Positions 49,526-62,000 of a stretch of DNA of 62,000 bases are shown here, piece by piece. Within the stretch, counting starts at the first letter, position 1. Each line of letters opens with the position of its first letter. A program made the position numbers and the translations under genes. Under the pieces are notes generated by a model. That model worked only from the letters and a program-made list of their open reading frames with translations. It was not told the DNA's origin and did not search any database. The DNA comes from Vicugna vicugna (taxonomy: Eukaryota): positions 2,699,576-2,761,575 of the forward strand of contig MU057887.1 of the NCBI GenBank assembly GCA_013265495.1. The letters are read 5' to 3'.

Positions 49526-52192
49526 TAGGAGCAATGGACAAATTCTTAGAAAGGTGCCACCACTCAAGACCGAACCAGGAAGAAATAGAAAATATGAACA
49601 GACCAACTGCCAGTAATGAAATGGAATCAGTAACTTAAAAACTCCCAGCGAACAGAAGTCCAGGACCTGATGTCTTCACAGGTGAATCCTACCATGTTGG
49701 GAAGAGGTAACACCTGTCCTTTCGAAACTATTCCAAAACATTTCAGAGGAAGGAACACTTCTGAACTCACTCTGTGAGGCCAGCATCACCCTGATACCAA
49801 ACGCAGACCAAGATACCACAGAAAAGGGTTACCGGACAGTTTGCTGGTGACCATGCAGAAATCCTCAACAAGATACCAGCGTGGCGAATCCAGCAGCACA
49901 TGCACAGGGCCATGCACCGCGATCTAGTGGGATTTACCCCCGGGAGGCCAGGATGGTTCAATATCTGAAAATCAAACAATGGGATACGCTGTGTTAACAA
50001 AGTGAAGAATAAAAAGCATGTGATCGTCTCAATAGATGCAGAAAAAGCTTTTGATAAAATTCAAAAGTCTATTTATGGTGGGAAAAAACCAAAACTCTCC
50101 AGAAAGTGGGCATAGGGGGAACATACCGCAACAACATAAAGTCTGTGTGCGGCAGACCCACCGCTAACGTCATGCTCAGTGCTGCAAAGCCGAGTGCTTT
50201 TCCTCTAAGACCAGGGACGAGGCAGGATGCCCACTCTCATCAATTTTATTCAACGTAGCTCTGGGGAGTCCTAGCCAAAGCGATCAGAGAAGAAAAAGAA
50301 ATAAAAGGAATACAAATTGGAGAGGAAGAAGTAAAACTGCTGCTGTCTGCAGCTGACAGGACACCACACACAGAAAATCCAAGAGGCGCCACCGGAAAAC
50401 TGCTAGAGCTCATCAATGAATCCGGGAAGGTTGCAGGATACAAAATTAACACACAGAAATCAGTTGCATTTCTATATATTACCACTGAAGTATCAGAAAA
50501 AAAAATTACGGAAACAATCTCATTTACCATCACATCGAAATGAGTAAAATCCCTAGGCATAATCCTGTCTAAAGGGGCGGAACTGGACACGGATGGAGGA
50601 GCTGCAGACAATGCGAACAGATGGAAGCGCACGCCCTGTGCCTGGGCTGGAGGAATCAGTGTTGTTAAAATGACCGTCCCATCCAAAACCATCCGCAGGC
50701 GCGGTGCAACCCCTGTCAGATCACCAGTGGCGTTTTTCACAGAACTGGAACAACAGATTGTTAAAATTCGTATGAAAACACAAAAGGCCCCAAACAGCCA
50801 AAACAATCTTGAGAAAGAAGAATGGAGCTGGAGGCGTCACCCTCCCTGACTTCTGGCTACACTGCAAAGCTGCAGCCATCAGAACAGTATGGCCCTGGCA
50901 CAAGGCCGGACGCATAGCTCAGTGGGACAGGGTAGAGAGCCCAGAAACAAACCCACGCACCTATGGTCGATTATCCTGTGACACGGGGGGCAAGAATATA
51001 CAATGGAGAAAAGACAGTCTCTTCAGTAAGTGGTGCTGGGAAGCCCGGACAGCTGCCTGTGGAAGAGTGAACTTAGAACAGTCTGTGACAACATAGACAA
51101 AAATAAGCTCCAAGTGGATTAAAGACCTAAACAACACTGTGAAAGTCCTAGAGGAGAACAGGCAGAGCACTCTTTGACGTAGATGGCAGCAGTGTTTTTT
51201 GAACCAGCTCCTAGAGTAATGGAGATAAAGGCAAAAGCAAACAAATGGGACCTAATTAAACTTAAAAGCCTTTGCACAGCAAAGGGAACCTTTAACAAAA
51301 TGAAAAGCCAGTCTGCTGGGTGGGAGAAGATCTTTGCAAATGATACGACCTGTAAGGGATGAGCATCCAAATATAAAAGAGCTCACGCAACTCAGCATCA
51401 AAACTACAACCTGCTTGAAAAATGGGCAGAAGAGCTGGTTGATGTTTTTCCAAAGAGGAAACGCCGATGGCCAACAGGCACATGGAGAGATGCTCAGCAT
51501 CGCTCATCATCAGGAAAATGCAAATGAGAACCACAGTGAGATGCCACCTCACACCTGTCAGGGTGGCTGTTATCAGAAAGGACACCAATACTAAATGTTG
51601 GTGGGGATGTGGGGAAAAGGAAACCCTCATGCCCGTGGGTGGGCACGTAAGCTGGTGCAGCCACTGTGGACAACATTACGGAGGTTTCTCAAAAAACTGA
51701 AAATCGAGCTACCATATGATCCAGCAATCCCAGTCCTGGGTATATATCTGAAGAAAAAAGCCCCACAAATTTACAAAGGGACCTGCACCCCAATGTTCAC
51801 AGCAGCACTGTTGACAATTTCCAATATGTGGCAGCAACCCCAGTGTCCACTGACAGATGCCTGGAGAAAGAAGCCATGGTGTATATACAGTGGAGTACTA
51901 CTCAGCCATAACAAAGGACAGCATGTGGCCATTGGCAGCAACATGGATGGACTTGAAGGGCATTATGCCAAGTGAAATGAGTCAGACAGAGAAAGACAAA
52001 TACTGTATGATATCACTCATATGTGGAATCTAAAAAAATACAACAAACTAGCAAATAGAACAAAAAAGAGGCAAGCTCACAGATACAGAGAACAAATTAG
52101 TGGTGATGGGCAGGGGATACGTGAGTGGGGGAGGGGGAGGGCAAATAACTGAGAGCAAGACAGGCTCAAGGACGTGTGTATGACACGGAGAC
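49526..52192 (+). mobile_element. 5'-truncated L1 (ORF2 RT to C-terminus plus 3' UTR), sense to TAFA5
   Basis: Many ORF2 motifs: aatggacaaattcttagaaagg, ctcaatagatgcagaaaaagc, [39 protein letters not shown]...CTPMFTAALLTI. Frame-disrupted. Confidence 0.93.
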
Positions 52193-55100
52193 AGTCTCTC
52201 CCCAGGTCCGAGTCCTGAGCCGAGTCCGTGCTGTGGCGGCGCCCCGCCCGGGCCCAGCCGGTCTCCGCAGAGTGCTGCGTCTCTCCAGGGCGCTGCGTCT
52301 CTCCCTGGGAGGCTCGTGCATGTCCTGGGTGTGGGACCCTGAGTGCTGGGGGCTCTCTGTGCCGACAGCCTCGTCTGTCTGCAGCCTCTCTGCCCAGGGA
52401 TGCTGGCGGGGGCAGTCAGTGAGGGATGTTTGGTCCAGGTGGCCTTGGTGGGGACAAGGGCACATGGCTTCCGGGTGGAGTGGAACAGAGGGGGACTCAG
52501 CCCTCCTTCCCTGCCCTTCATTACTGTGAGGTCTCCGATCTCCAGTGGGCATGTGCCCCATCTTAATGCTCATATTGGACAGAGGTGACAGCCGGCGTCA
52601 GGGATCTTTCCTGAGCCCCCTATGTGGAATCCAGGGCAGGCCACCAAGTGGCTGCCCTGCCTATGCACTGGCGCCAGACGGAGTGAACACATGCTCCTCT
52701 GAAATTCCAAATTGCAGAATTTTCATCTCAATTAATGTAACAATGAGCTTGGAAAGGCGGCAGTGGGCATTGGCAAATTAAATGACACCTTCTTGGCGTC
52801 TCGCGTTGCTGAGAAGGCCAACTGATTATTTTTATATTACGATCCCTAGGCATTGTCAAATTGATTAATAAATTCACGGAAAACCGATTACCTCTTAATA
52901 AATTTAATTTCGGTAGTTGGGGATAACTTTCCTGTGACCTCTGAGTGTGGGCTCCCTGGGCAGCAGCGTGGGGCTGACTTCTCCTGCAGCAATGGCACAC
53001 ACGTGAGATGGCAGGGCAGTGACCTCTTGTCCCCTAGGAGCATGTGGAGTCATGGGGGTGGACAGTTCTGTCAGCTGCCTTTCAAGGGACATGGTCCCTG
53101 GATCTCTCCAGGTGGCTTCTGTGCTAGACAGAGTGGGAGCCTGCTGGGCCACCCCCTCTCCATTGTCAGCCAGTTGCCTCGTCCCAGCTGGGAATCACCA
53201 GCCCCAGAGGGACGCCAGAATTTGAGCACAAAGCTCTGAGCTTCCTGGCAGACAAGGCAAAAAGGGGAAATCACTGGGTGTAGGGCCCTCAGTGTCCATC
53301 AAGGATTAAGCTCAGAAGGTTGAAAAAACACTAGCAAGGCTGTTACTCTGGCTGTCACAGTACCTTGACAAATGATCTTCAACCTCCAAAACCAGGCAAG
53401 GTGGGCACCATCATTTCCTTTTTTTAGGGGAAAACCAGAGAGGCCCAAAGAGGGACTGATATGCAGCTGGGTGGGCATGTCCCTGAGAGATGGACCGGGC
53501 CCTCCCCAGGGTAGGGAACAGTGATGCAGAGCTGCTTTGGGGTCAGAGAAACCCCAGCACAGGGCCAGCAATGGGGACGGCATGGGGATGAACCCACCGG
53601 ACCACAGCTTCCTGCTCTACAGAACAGGGATTTGGGGTGCTAGTCCGGCTTGGCCCCTGCTGGATGACCCCTTCCCCTGTCTTCCCCATGCCCCTCCTCT
53701 GGCACCTTGGCCTCAGACCAGACGACCTCAGCTCCCCGATCCTGCCTGTGGGATCCCCCCGACTCCTCTCCTGCCTTCTGGGGCAGGTGGCACCCCCCCA
53801 CCTGCCCAGCACCTGCTCTCCTGCGGTGTGGCGCCTTCATTCCCCAGGACCTCGCTCATCAAGGTCACCATGTCACCATCACCAGGGCCAACCCTGAGGT
53901 CTTTTGGGGTCTTGTGGCGCCGGTGGCCGCGCCCCCCCAGCCCCTCCCCATCTCCTCCTCCCGCTGCTGGTCCTGGTTTGTCTCTTGCTAGCCTCATTCT
54001 CCTGGGGGACACTCTGTCTTCTGTATGTGGAGGGCTGCCCCCACCCTTGCCCCCTGCCTCCTACCCCTGCCCCCCACCCCCTGCCCCTGCCCCCTGCCAG
54101 GTATGGGCCTTAGCTCTGATGAGAGGCGTGATCCAGGCTGTCAGTCTTTGTAGGCAGCTGTCTTCGTCCAGGGGACTGAATGCAGAGACCCCACCCTGCC
54201 CAGAGCAACCCCGCTGGCTGTCCTGCCAGCGCCTAGCCTCACCCAGACCCCACCCCCCTGCCCCTGCCTGCCATGCGTCCTTCGCAACCTCGGCCTTGAC
54301 CTCCCTGGCAGCAAGTCGGGGAGAGACGGAGGTGAGAGGCTGCCCCGGCAGCTGCTCCGATCAGCCCGGCGTGTGCCCCATTAACTCGGCGGTGCGCCAC
54401 CCGAGGTCTGATTAAACCAGATGGCGGTAAAACCCGAGTGGAGGCACGGAGACGCCTTTGCATTTACGTGGATCGAAATTAGGTGGAATGGCATATGTTA
54501 GTGGAGATTAAGAATTTTTTACCTACATACTAACAGCTCTTCCAAACACCCTCCCTGGTGATCCCAGCCCAGATCTCTCCTTTCACACCACTTAATTCTG
54601 GCTGCCCTGGTTCTCTGTTCCCCGAGACCTCTGGGCAGCTGGGTTTTGGTGCCACTTAAGCCAGTAGAGTGTTCGGTGCCGACGTCACCATCGTGGGTGG
54701 CATTGTGGCTGAAGAAAAAGACACTGGCCTGCTGCTCTCATCGGGAGCTGGTGGGCACTTCCCGGGGTCCCACAACCCCGCAGATGGCCGTCTCCATGGC
54801 GATGCGACGACTCTAGCTTTGCTTGGCGGGGCCCACCTGCCGGCACCCTCTGAGCCTACATTGTCCTGTCTCGTTGTTGTGTCTCTGGCTAGGGGGTTGG
54901 TCCCTCCAGGGTGCCCACCCGGCATGGAGGGGAGGCTGTGCCCCACAGCGGGCAGCACCTTCTGGGGGGATGGTGGCTGCAGCCTCGGTCAGGCCCTTGC
55001 TGGGCGCCCCTTCCAGGCAGTGTCCTCGGCCCCATGGGTTGTGGCCCTGGTGCCCGGGTGTGTGCGGCGGGCGGGGGCAGGGGGGTGGGGTCTGGGTGAG

Positions 55101-55217
55101 GCTAGGTGTGGGGCCGGGGACCTGTGCGTCCAGGCTCTCTGGGTGGGGGAGAGTCTCACTCTGGCTCTCTCGGGGAGAATCTGGAGCTCCTGCAGCCTTT
55201 TAAAAAGTTCCCTTGTT

Positions 55218-55415
55218 TTACTTTTGTGTTGAGGTGAAATTCATGTGACAGAACTCACTGTGTGCAGCGTGCGCTTGCTTGGTCGGCATTGAGGGAGTTC
55301 ACGGTGTGGCCGCCGTCTCGATCAAGTTCCCAAACATCGTCATCCCCCACAAAGGAAACCCCGGGCCCGTCAAGCAGGCCCTGCCCGTCACCCCCCCCCC
55401 GAGAAACCTCCAGAC
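55218..55415 (-). mobile_element. L1MB-like 3' end, antisense
   Basis: ttgaggtgaaattcatgtgaca...aagttcccaaacatcgtcatcccccacaaaggaaaccccgggcccgtcaagca. Confidence 0.6.
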
Positions 55416-57364
55416 TCACAGCCTTTGTGAAGCAAAGGCCCAGAGACCCCTTGGGTCCTCACGTGCGGAGGGTCCGCGGGCGGTTCTGAGCGCCGGAGCA
55501 GGCACACCGTCTTCCCTCTCGGCCCCGAGCAGGGAACAGAGACCTGGCTCTGCCGCCGCTGCCCAGCTCCCTGACCTCGGGAGAAACCCCTTGTGCTGGG
55601 GGCCCTCAGGGGCTGGCACCGGCACACAATGGACAAGTCACCCCTTGATCCGTGACCCCTGCCCCGCAGGACGCTCGCTCCAGGCCCGGCATCCTCCCCG
55701 AGATGCCCCAGGGCCTCCGTGTGGGCCTGGGCTGGAGATGGGGGTGGCCCTGGGCCCTGGAGCTGGCACTGTGGCTCCGCCCGGCTGGTGAGGCTGGCAC
55801 ACCGACATCCGGGGCTTCTGCCCGAGGGCTTGGCTCTGGGCCATCTGGGGGCCTCCAGTTGCGTCCCAGTGGGAAGCAGCCCCTTGCCGGGGCGCAGCAG
55901 GCCCCGGGCTCCTGGATCCCCTCAACCAGGGCAACAGGGAGGTGGACGGCGTAATTCCCGGGTGGGGCCCACAGCCATGGCCGGCCCGGGATGGGGCGGA
56001 GGCGGGGGGGGCGGTCTCCCCCTTCCCTCCCTCCCCTGGCCCCCCTCCCCCGTCCGTCTCCTCCGGGCAGGCTCGGGGCGGGGGTGAAGTCCTGGCAAAG
56101 CCTGCTCTGTTTTCCAGCCCAGTAATGCTCACATGTGACAGCAGAGGGGACAGTCCCCATGAAAAGCCCCTTTGTCTCTCCGGCTAATTAAGAAATAGCA
56201 ATGGGCTCCGAAAGGGGCCCTGGCCCCAGGTCCTCCCTGGATGGCGGCCATGGTCCTGAGGGGCTGGACGAGCGCGTCCAGGAGTGGACTGGGATTCACA
56301 GCAGACCTTCCAGCCCCCGCACAGCATCCAGCCACTCCGGGGGCCTCGTCCACGGTCCGCGTGCTGTGGCCTTCTGCCCTTGTGGGCCAGGCTTCGGAGC
56401 TGAGGCCTGCTTTGGTGTCGGTGCTAGGAGGCCCAGGCAGGGGTTGGTGTGCTGAGGCTCGGCCCTCTTCCCTGTGAAATGGGCCAGTAGCGCTGCTGAG
56501 CCCAGACGCTGAGGCTGACTCCAGGCGCCCGCTCGCGGTGCCCTCAAAGCCAGGGGGTGCCCACATGGGGCTGCCCTCCTCCTGCACGGGCTGCAGGTGG
56601 TCTGAAGTGGCACCTCGTGTGCAGCCCCTGCGCCCCACCTGGGCGCCCCTCCGCACTCCAGTGTGTACCGCCAGCGAGCACCCGGGAATGGACACCAGAG
56701 GACCTACCTTGGAGACGCCAAGCAAGGCTCGCCCGGGATCAGAGCATCTCCCTCAGTGACCCTCGCCGGGGTCCCGCCTGCTGCCATGACCCTCGAGAGC
56801 AACAGGGCTGTGTCCGGAGCAGAGGGCCAGCGAGGGAGGCCTCTGTGATCGCCGGGCAAAGCCAAGGATGCGGCTGCAGGTTCCTATTTGCTCGGAAAGA
56901 AGACGTCCAACCTCTGAGGTCCGACGGGCGCTGCACGGGCTCCTGCGTGCGCTGCGGGCCCGGGTCCCACAGACTTGCTGGAGCTGGTTCAGCTCTCAGC
57001 TGCGACACCTCTTGATGGAACCCAGAGCTGCTCGGCCTCTGGGGCCTTGGTTTACTGGTCTGTGTAATGGGGGCAGGAGCCCAGGAAGGCTTACTTCCAA
57101 GGCTTGTTGCCAGGCCTCCCTGGGTTAATGTAGGTGAGTGAGGGTCTCACAACACCCCCTCCAACCTGGACGGCAGCTCAGCCGGGTCCCCATTGCCCCC
57201 ATCACCACCAGTGACCTCACAGGACACGGGTCCCAGCGAGGATGCCCATCTGTGATGGAATGGCCCCGGGACCCCTCCTGCACAGCAGGCATCTTGTACG
57301 TCTCCCCCATATGGTCCCACCCAGGAATCCCAAAGCCTCAGGGGCTCTCCGGAGGCAGGCGGGA

Positions 57365-57440
57365 CTGGACAACAATGGCCAGTTTGTCGATGAGAAAACT
57401 GAGGCTCCCAGTGGAAAATTATTTCCCCACGGCACAGTAA
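57365..57440 (-). mobile_element. MIR fragment
   Basis: gatgagaaaactgaggctc core motif. Confidence 0.5.
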
Positions 57441-58164
57441 CGCTGAGGGGCGTCCACCCAGCGTCCCCCCCAGCGCTGTGCTGACAGTCCCTCTGCCAGG
57501 GGCGGGCCCTGGCCTTCCTCCCGGGGAGCAGTTGTCACCTGCGTGGAAGGTGCAGGCTGGGCCAGGAAGCGCCCGGGGATGGCCCCGGCCTCGTGCGGTC
57601 AACAGGCCCTTAGGGGCTCGTCCCGAGCAGAGAGCTCTGGGGGAGTTTAAATTTGAAAATTAACATGAAATCAGAAGAGACAGAGTAATTTTTCATTCTG
57701 CTTGAAAGGTTATTTGCTTTCTCGGCCGATGCTTAGTGTACTGATACATGATGTCAAAAGGTAAATGATTTTAAACCAGATTCAATTTAAATTTCATTAC
57801 ATATTTGTAGGAGACGGAGGTGCCAAGAACCCCTTGCTTTCTCTTGGAGGATCTTTCACTTTTAATAACTCTGGTGCCCAAAGCCCTCGTCTGTTTATTA
57901 CACAGTCAGGTAGCAGGGGTGATACTGCCCATGCTCCCCAGAGCCCCCCACAAGTGTCTGTGAAATAGGCTGTGCTGGGGACCCAGCGCAGCCCGGCAGT
58001 CCCGGGGAGGCAGGCTGGAGACCCCGGTCCCAGGAGCCACCTGGCCCAAACACCGTGACTGTGGACAAGCTGCACCCTTCTAAGCCTGGCCTCCCTATCT
58101 GCAATGTCGCTGACCTCCCGTGAAAGTGAGGACAAGGGCCAGGCTCCAGGTGTCCTGTCGAGGT

Positions 58165-58268
58165 CTAGTCTTGGCTTGGCCACTTAGTTGCTGTGCAACC
58201 TTGGACCAGTTGCTCAGCCCCTCTGGGCATGGTGTCCTCCCCGACACAGGGAGAGTGGTAGTGCCACT
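58165..58268 (+). mobile_element. MIR fragment abutting the MLT1 insertion
   Basis: tcttggcttggccacttagttgctgtgcaaccttggaccagttgctcagcccctctgggc. Confidence 0.6.
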
Positions 58269-58655
58269 CGTGTGAACTGGATAGCATCCCCTCAAAATCC
58301 GTGTACACGTGGAACCTCAGAATGTGACCATATTTGGAAATAGGGTCTTTGCAGATGTAATTAGCTAAGATGAAGTCATACTGGAGTAGGGTGGCCCTAA
58401 AGCCCATGATGGGGGTCCTTGTAAAATGGGGAGGGGACACAGAGACACAGACACACATGGAGAAGCCACGTGATGACTAAGGTGGAGATCCAGTTATGCA
58501 TCTTGGGATGCCAAGGATGCTGGCAAACCCCAGAAGCCGGGGGAGAAGCCTCGGAAGGAACCAGCCCTGCAGACACCTTGCTCTCTTGTGAGAGGATGAG
58601 TTTCTGTGGTGCAGTTTGTGGCACCCGTGGCGGCTGCCCTAGGAAGCAGATGCCC
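58269..58655 (+). mobile_element. MLT1 (MaLR) LTR, MLT1B/C-like
   Basis: gaacctcagaatgtgaccatatttggaaatagggtctttgcagatgtaattagctaagatgaagtcatactggagtagggtggccctaa...gaaggaaccagccctgcagacaccttg. Confidence 0.9.
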
Positions 58656-61270
58656 ACGCCTGGGGTCGGCAGGAGGTGCCTGAGCACGAGCTGACACTGG
58701 TGCCACCGGCAGACTGTGCCTAGCCCCAGGCATCACCGTGGACATGTTTTCTGCATCTGTGCTCTGTTTTCCGGACTCAGCACTTCCATCCCCTCCACCC
58801 ACGGCCACAGCCAGTCACAGCTCTGCCCTGAGCCTCCCGTTTCCCACCTGAATGCCGTGGAGCAGGAGATGGGGCAAGGCCGCCCAGCAACCACAGCTTG
58901 TGTTCTGGTCCACGGAGGAACCGCCTGCACCTCGTTCTGCTGGGTGAGACGGCACACCGCGGGGACGTGCTCAGGATGGGGCCTCCAGGTGGGCAGCATC
59001 ACTGCGGAATGGGAGTCAGAGCCTGAACGTCTGCTTCTGGGCGTGTGGCTCACCCCAGAGATGAAACTGTGATGTGAGGATGATCCCATGGGTGGTCCTG
59101 AGCCCAGCTGGGGTCTCACTCATGGGTGTGGATGGACGTGGAGGCTCACGAGGGCACCCGGGCGGGAGCGTGGAGATGGGAGAGCCTGGGGGCTGGTGCA
59201 GGGCAGGTTTCCCTGACAGTCCCAGAAAGTGCCAACTCGTCCTCCGATCACTGGGGGCTCGCACTGGGCTGACTGAGGGCGCCATGCTGCTGTGCGTCAC
59301 ATTCAAAGAGGGATGTGCCCTGACCTGGGCCACACTGACCGTCCTGGCCGCACCCAGCCTGGGCTTCGGGGACTGAGTTGCGGAAATGTCACTTTGGTTT
59401 GTCTCTAGGGCTGTCCAGGTCTGTTGAGTGACCACAGGTGGAGGCCCCACGGCAGGGGTGCACAGGGCTCGCCGAGGGCCCAGGGGAGGTGGGCAGGACA
59501 CAGCTCGAAGGAACACGTAGATCCCTGAGGTAGGCGCTGGGCTGGCCCTGCAGTGGGTGCAGAGGAGTGCAGAGGGGGCCGGGGCCAGCAGGTCCTGACC
59601 CCAGGCCCAGTGTCAGCATCCAACTCCCGCACCGACTGCTGGAAAAGCCTGGTGGGTGGGTGGTGACGTCCTACAGGCAAAAAAAAAAAAAAAAAGATCT
59701 GTTTGTTGGGGAATGAGAGCACGGACAGAATTCTCTTTGGAAACTAAGTGCCGGGTGAATTCTTCCCACCGAGGCCGTGACCAGGCAGGGTCCAGGCCGT
59801 GGGTTCCTTCGGGCCATTTCGCCCATTCCCGCCCGCTGCCGTCTTCTGGCTTATTTACCGGCAGGAAGTTGCTCTTAAGTGCGCATCGGGGCACTTTTAA
59901 AAAAGAATGTTAGCGCATCTCGGGAGCGCTTCTCCCTGGTTTGGGTTTGTTTTAATTTGCAGCATCGCATGGTGAGGATTCCAGATCACGGCCTGCAGGC
60001 CTGGGGGTGAAGCGAGCATGCGGACTCTGTCAGCGTGTGTCTGCCTGCCTCCAGGCCCGGGCCCCTCTGCCTCGCCGCCCCAGCCCCTCCGCTCTGCGGT
60101 GCTGGTGGTGTTTGTCCCCCGTGCCACACAGACACAGCACAGGATGATCACCCAGGCATTAGTCATCGCTGAGCTGGGGAGGCAAACAAAGACAGGCCGA
60201 AGCTTTGTTTCCAGGATGGGCACTGTGTCCTCAATGAACGGTGATTGTTACAAATGTGGGGTTTCAGGGATCCAGGTGGCCCGGCGCCGAGGGGAAGGGG
60301 GAGGCAGCCTGGCTGCGGGCGGCTCCCGTCGGTGAGGCCTGGAGGGTAGGCGGACCGGGAGGTAAAATTGCCACTCTGAGCTGCCCGTGTCTGTATTGGA
60401 TTTGTCGTTAAGCGTCGCGTTCATTTCTGGGCGGCCCTGGGCTGCATCAGCATGGCCCCCGTCCGCTGTCCTGCGTCCATGAACTTGGGGCGGCATCAGG
60501 GCCTCCAGTCATGAGCTGCTGGGAGGAGGGTCCCTGTTTGCTCAGCTCCTGCTCGGAGCCAACTGGAGCCCTGGGCTCGGCTGCAGAGAGGACCGGGACC
60601 CGTCAGGAGGGAAACGTGTTCCAGGAAAGGAGCCCAGTCTTCCGGGCAGCACTGGGCGGCCCAGGGTCGGGGCACAGGGCAGGGGGGCCTCTGCACCTTT
60701 CAGCCCTCCCGTGAGGACCACTCCCGAATGCCCTCCTTCCCCCGTGCTGGGACCTCCCTGGCCACCACCCCTCGCAGCTGCTCCCCACCTCCCCTCCCTC
60801 ACAGGCCCCCTGCGGCTTCTCTTCCCAGGACCCCTCCTGCTTGCATCCGGGACTGGGCGCGTTTCGCGTGAGGGACCTCGTCCCCTGCTGGTCGCTGGGT
60901 GCCGGGGTGAGCGATGGCACCCAGGTGACCACCACAGTCAGAGCGGCTCAGACGTCAGACGCAGGGCCGCAGTAAATGAGGGAAACAGTTGTGTCCGTAT
61001 GAGGATGGAGACAAAGCCACCTTCCAGGGGCCTCTGAGGGGCTTTGCAGGACGTCTCAGCTCCGTGGGTGGCCGTTGCACGGGGAGGCTGGCAGCTGGCT
61101 CTCCTGGGGTGTCTTCCCAGGCCCAGGTCTGTGGCGGCTTTTGTCACTGCAGAGGTGTTTTGGGAGGGGCAAGGGGGCCAGGGGTGTTGGGGGAGCCTCT
61201 GGGACCCCTGAGGGCCCCACCTGCCCCACCTCTCCTGACTGTGTCCACCCTCCAAGGCCACAGCTTCCCC

Positions 61271-61716
61271 TGTGTGAGTGCCTGGAGGCTGCAGGAACAA
61301 GTGACCACAAATGTAGTGACCGGAGCGCACAGATGCGCCGTCTCACGGCTCCGGAGGTCAGAGGTCTGAGCCGGCCTCACGGGGCAAAAGGCAGGGTGAG
61401 GGCACAGCCGGCTCCTCTGGGGCTCCAGGGAGAAGCTGGTTGGTTCCTGGCCTTTTCCAGCTTCTAAAGGCGCCCACCTCCCTTGGCGCCTACCCCCACC
61501 CCCAGCGCCCTTGGGGCGGTGTCTTCCCGCCCCTCTGGCTCTGACCCCGCCGCCCTCCCCTCAGGGGCCCTGTGCTGACACTGAGCGCACCTGGGCAACT
61601 CAGGCCCTCTTACCTGCACTTCATCACAGCCACCGGCTCTCTGACGCCGTGGCAGGGGACACACTGTCGGGGTCCAGGGATTGAGGCTCCTTTGGGGGCA
61701 TTACTGGCCTGCCACG
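61271..61716 (-). mobile_element. MLT1 (MaLR) LTR, MLT1D-like
   Basis: ggctgcaggaacaagtgaccacaaa...tctcacggctccggaggtcagaggtctga...ccttttccagcttctaaaggcgccca...tccagggatt...tttgggggcatta. Confidence 0.7.
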
Positions 61717-61772
61717 CCCACCAAATGGTGGGGTCCCACCTGGGCTGACCCTCCTGGGGTCAGGAGCCGCCT

Positions 61773-61836
61773 GGACCCCCGACTCAGGACCCCCGACCCA
61801 GGACCCCCCGACCCAGGACCCCCCGACTCAGGACCC
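61773..61836. repeat. 14-15 bp minisatellite GGAC(C)4-5GACYCA, about 4.4 copies
   Basis: Units start at 61773, 61787, 61801 and 61816, with a partial unit at 61831. Confidence 0.9.
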
Positions 61837-62000
61837 GCCTTCAAGCCCAGGAGGCTCCTTCCAGGTTGGCCTGGCCCCGCCCTCTCGGGCGCCTCCTCCG
61901 CCCTCTCCCGGCAGCCCTCGGCCTGGTGGGCGTCAGAGGCCCTGGAGGGCTTGTGGGTCACCCCGGGGCTCTGAGCCAGCGCATCTGGGCATCTCTGACG

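Larger units (their letters stand above)
35046..62000 (+). other. TAFA5: TAFA5 intron 1 (continues beyond the window)
   Basis: GTGAGT donor at 35046. Neither the next exon (QLAAGTCEIV...) nor the alternative first exon (MQLLKALW...) appears in the ORF track. Confidence 0.85.

Noticed and set aside
37393..61836. Short repeats considered as CRISPR-like or other prokaryotic systems
   Set aside because: The repeats are tandem without unique spacers, there are no cas-like or operon-like genes, and the DNA is clearly mammalian.
1..62000. Hundreds of 60-320 aa Pro/Gly/Arg/Ala-rich ORFs (e.g. 35677-36648, 41889-42857, 53537-54415)
   Set aside because: They overlap in all frames, show no recognisable domains, and are expected by chance at this GC content in mammalian non-coding DNA.

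Overview
This is eukaryotic (mammalian) genomic DNA, very GC-rich. The tRNA-derived SINEs and young L1 3' ends suggest a camelid (inference from recalled consensus sequences). The window holds the 5' end of TAFA5 (FAM19A5): a CpG-island promoter, coding exon 1 (34934-35045, + strand, ending at a GTGAGT donor) and the first 27 kb of intron 1. No further TAFA5 exon is recognisable. The 35 kb upstream is a mosaic of old L1 pieces, an MLT2/ERV-L provirus remnant with readable gag and protease, several solo LTRs, MaLR LTRs, SINEs and an 87-N assembly gap. Intron 1 contains an in-phase 41-unit telomere-variant hexamer array, a 2.7 kb sense-oriented L1 and several AT-rich, homeodomain-motif-rich islands that look like conserved enhancers. 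Nearly all ORFs in the supplied track are artefacts of GC-rich sequence. I see no evidence of a new multi-gene system; the telomere-variant array is the most unusual element. Repeat family names come from memory of consensus sequences and need RepeatMasker/Dfam confirmation, and most repeat boundaries are approximate.
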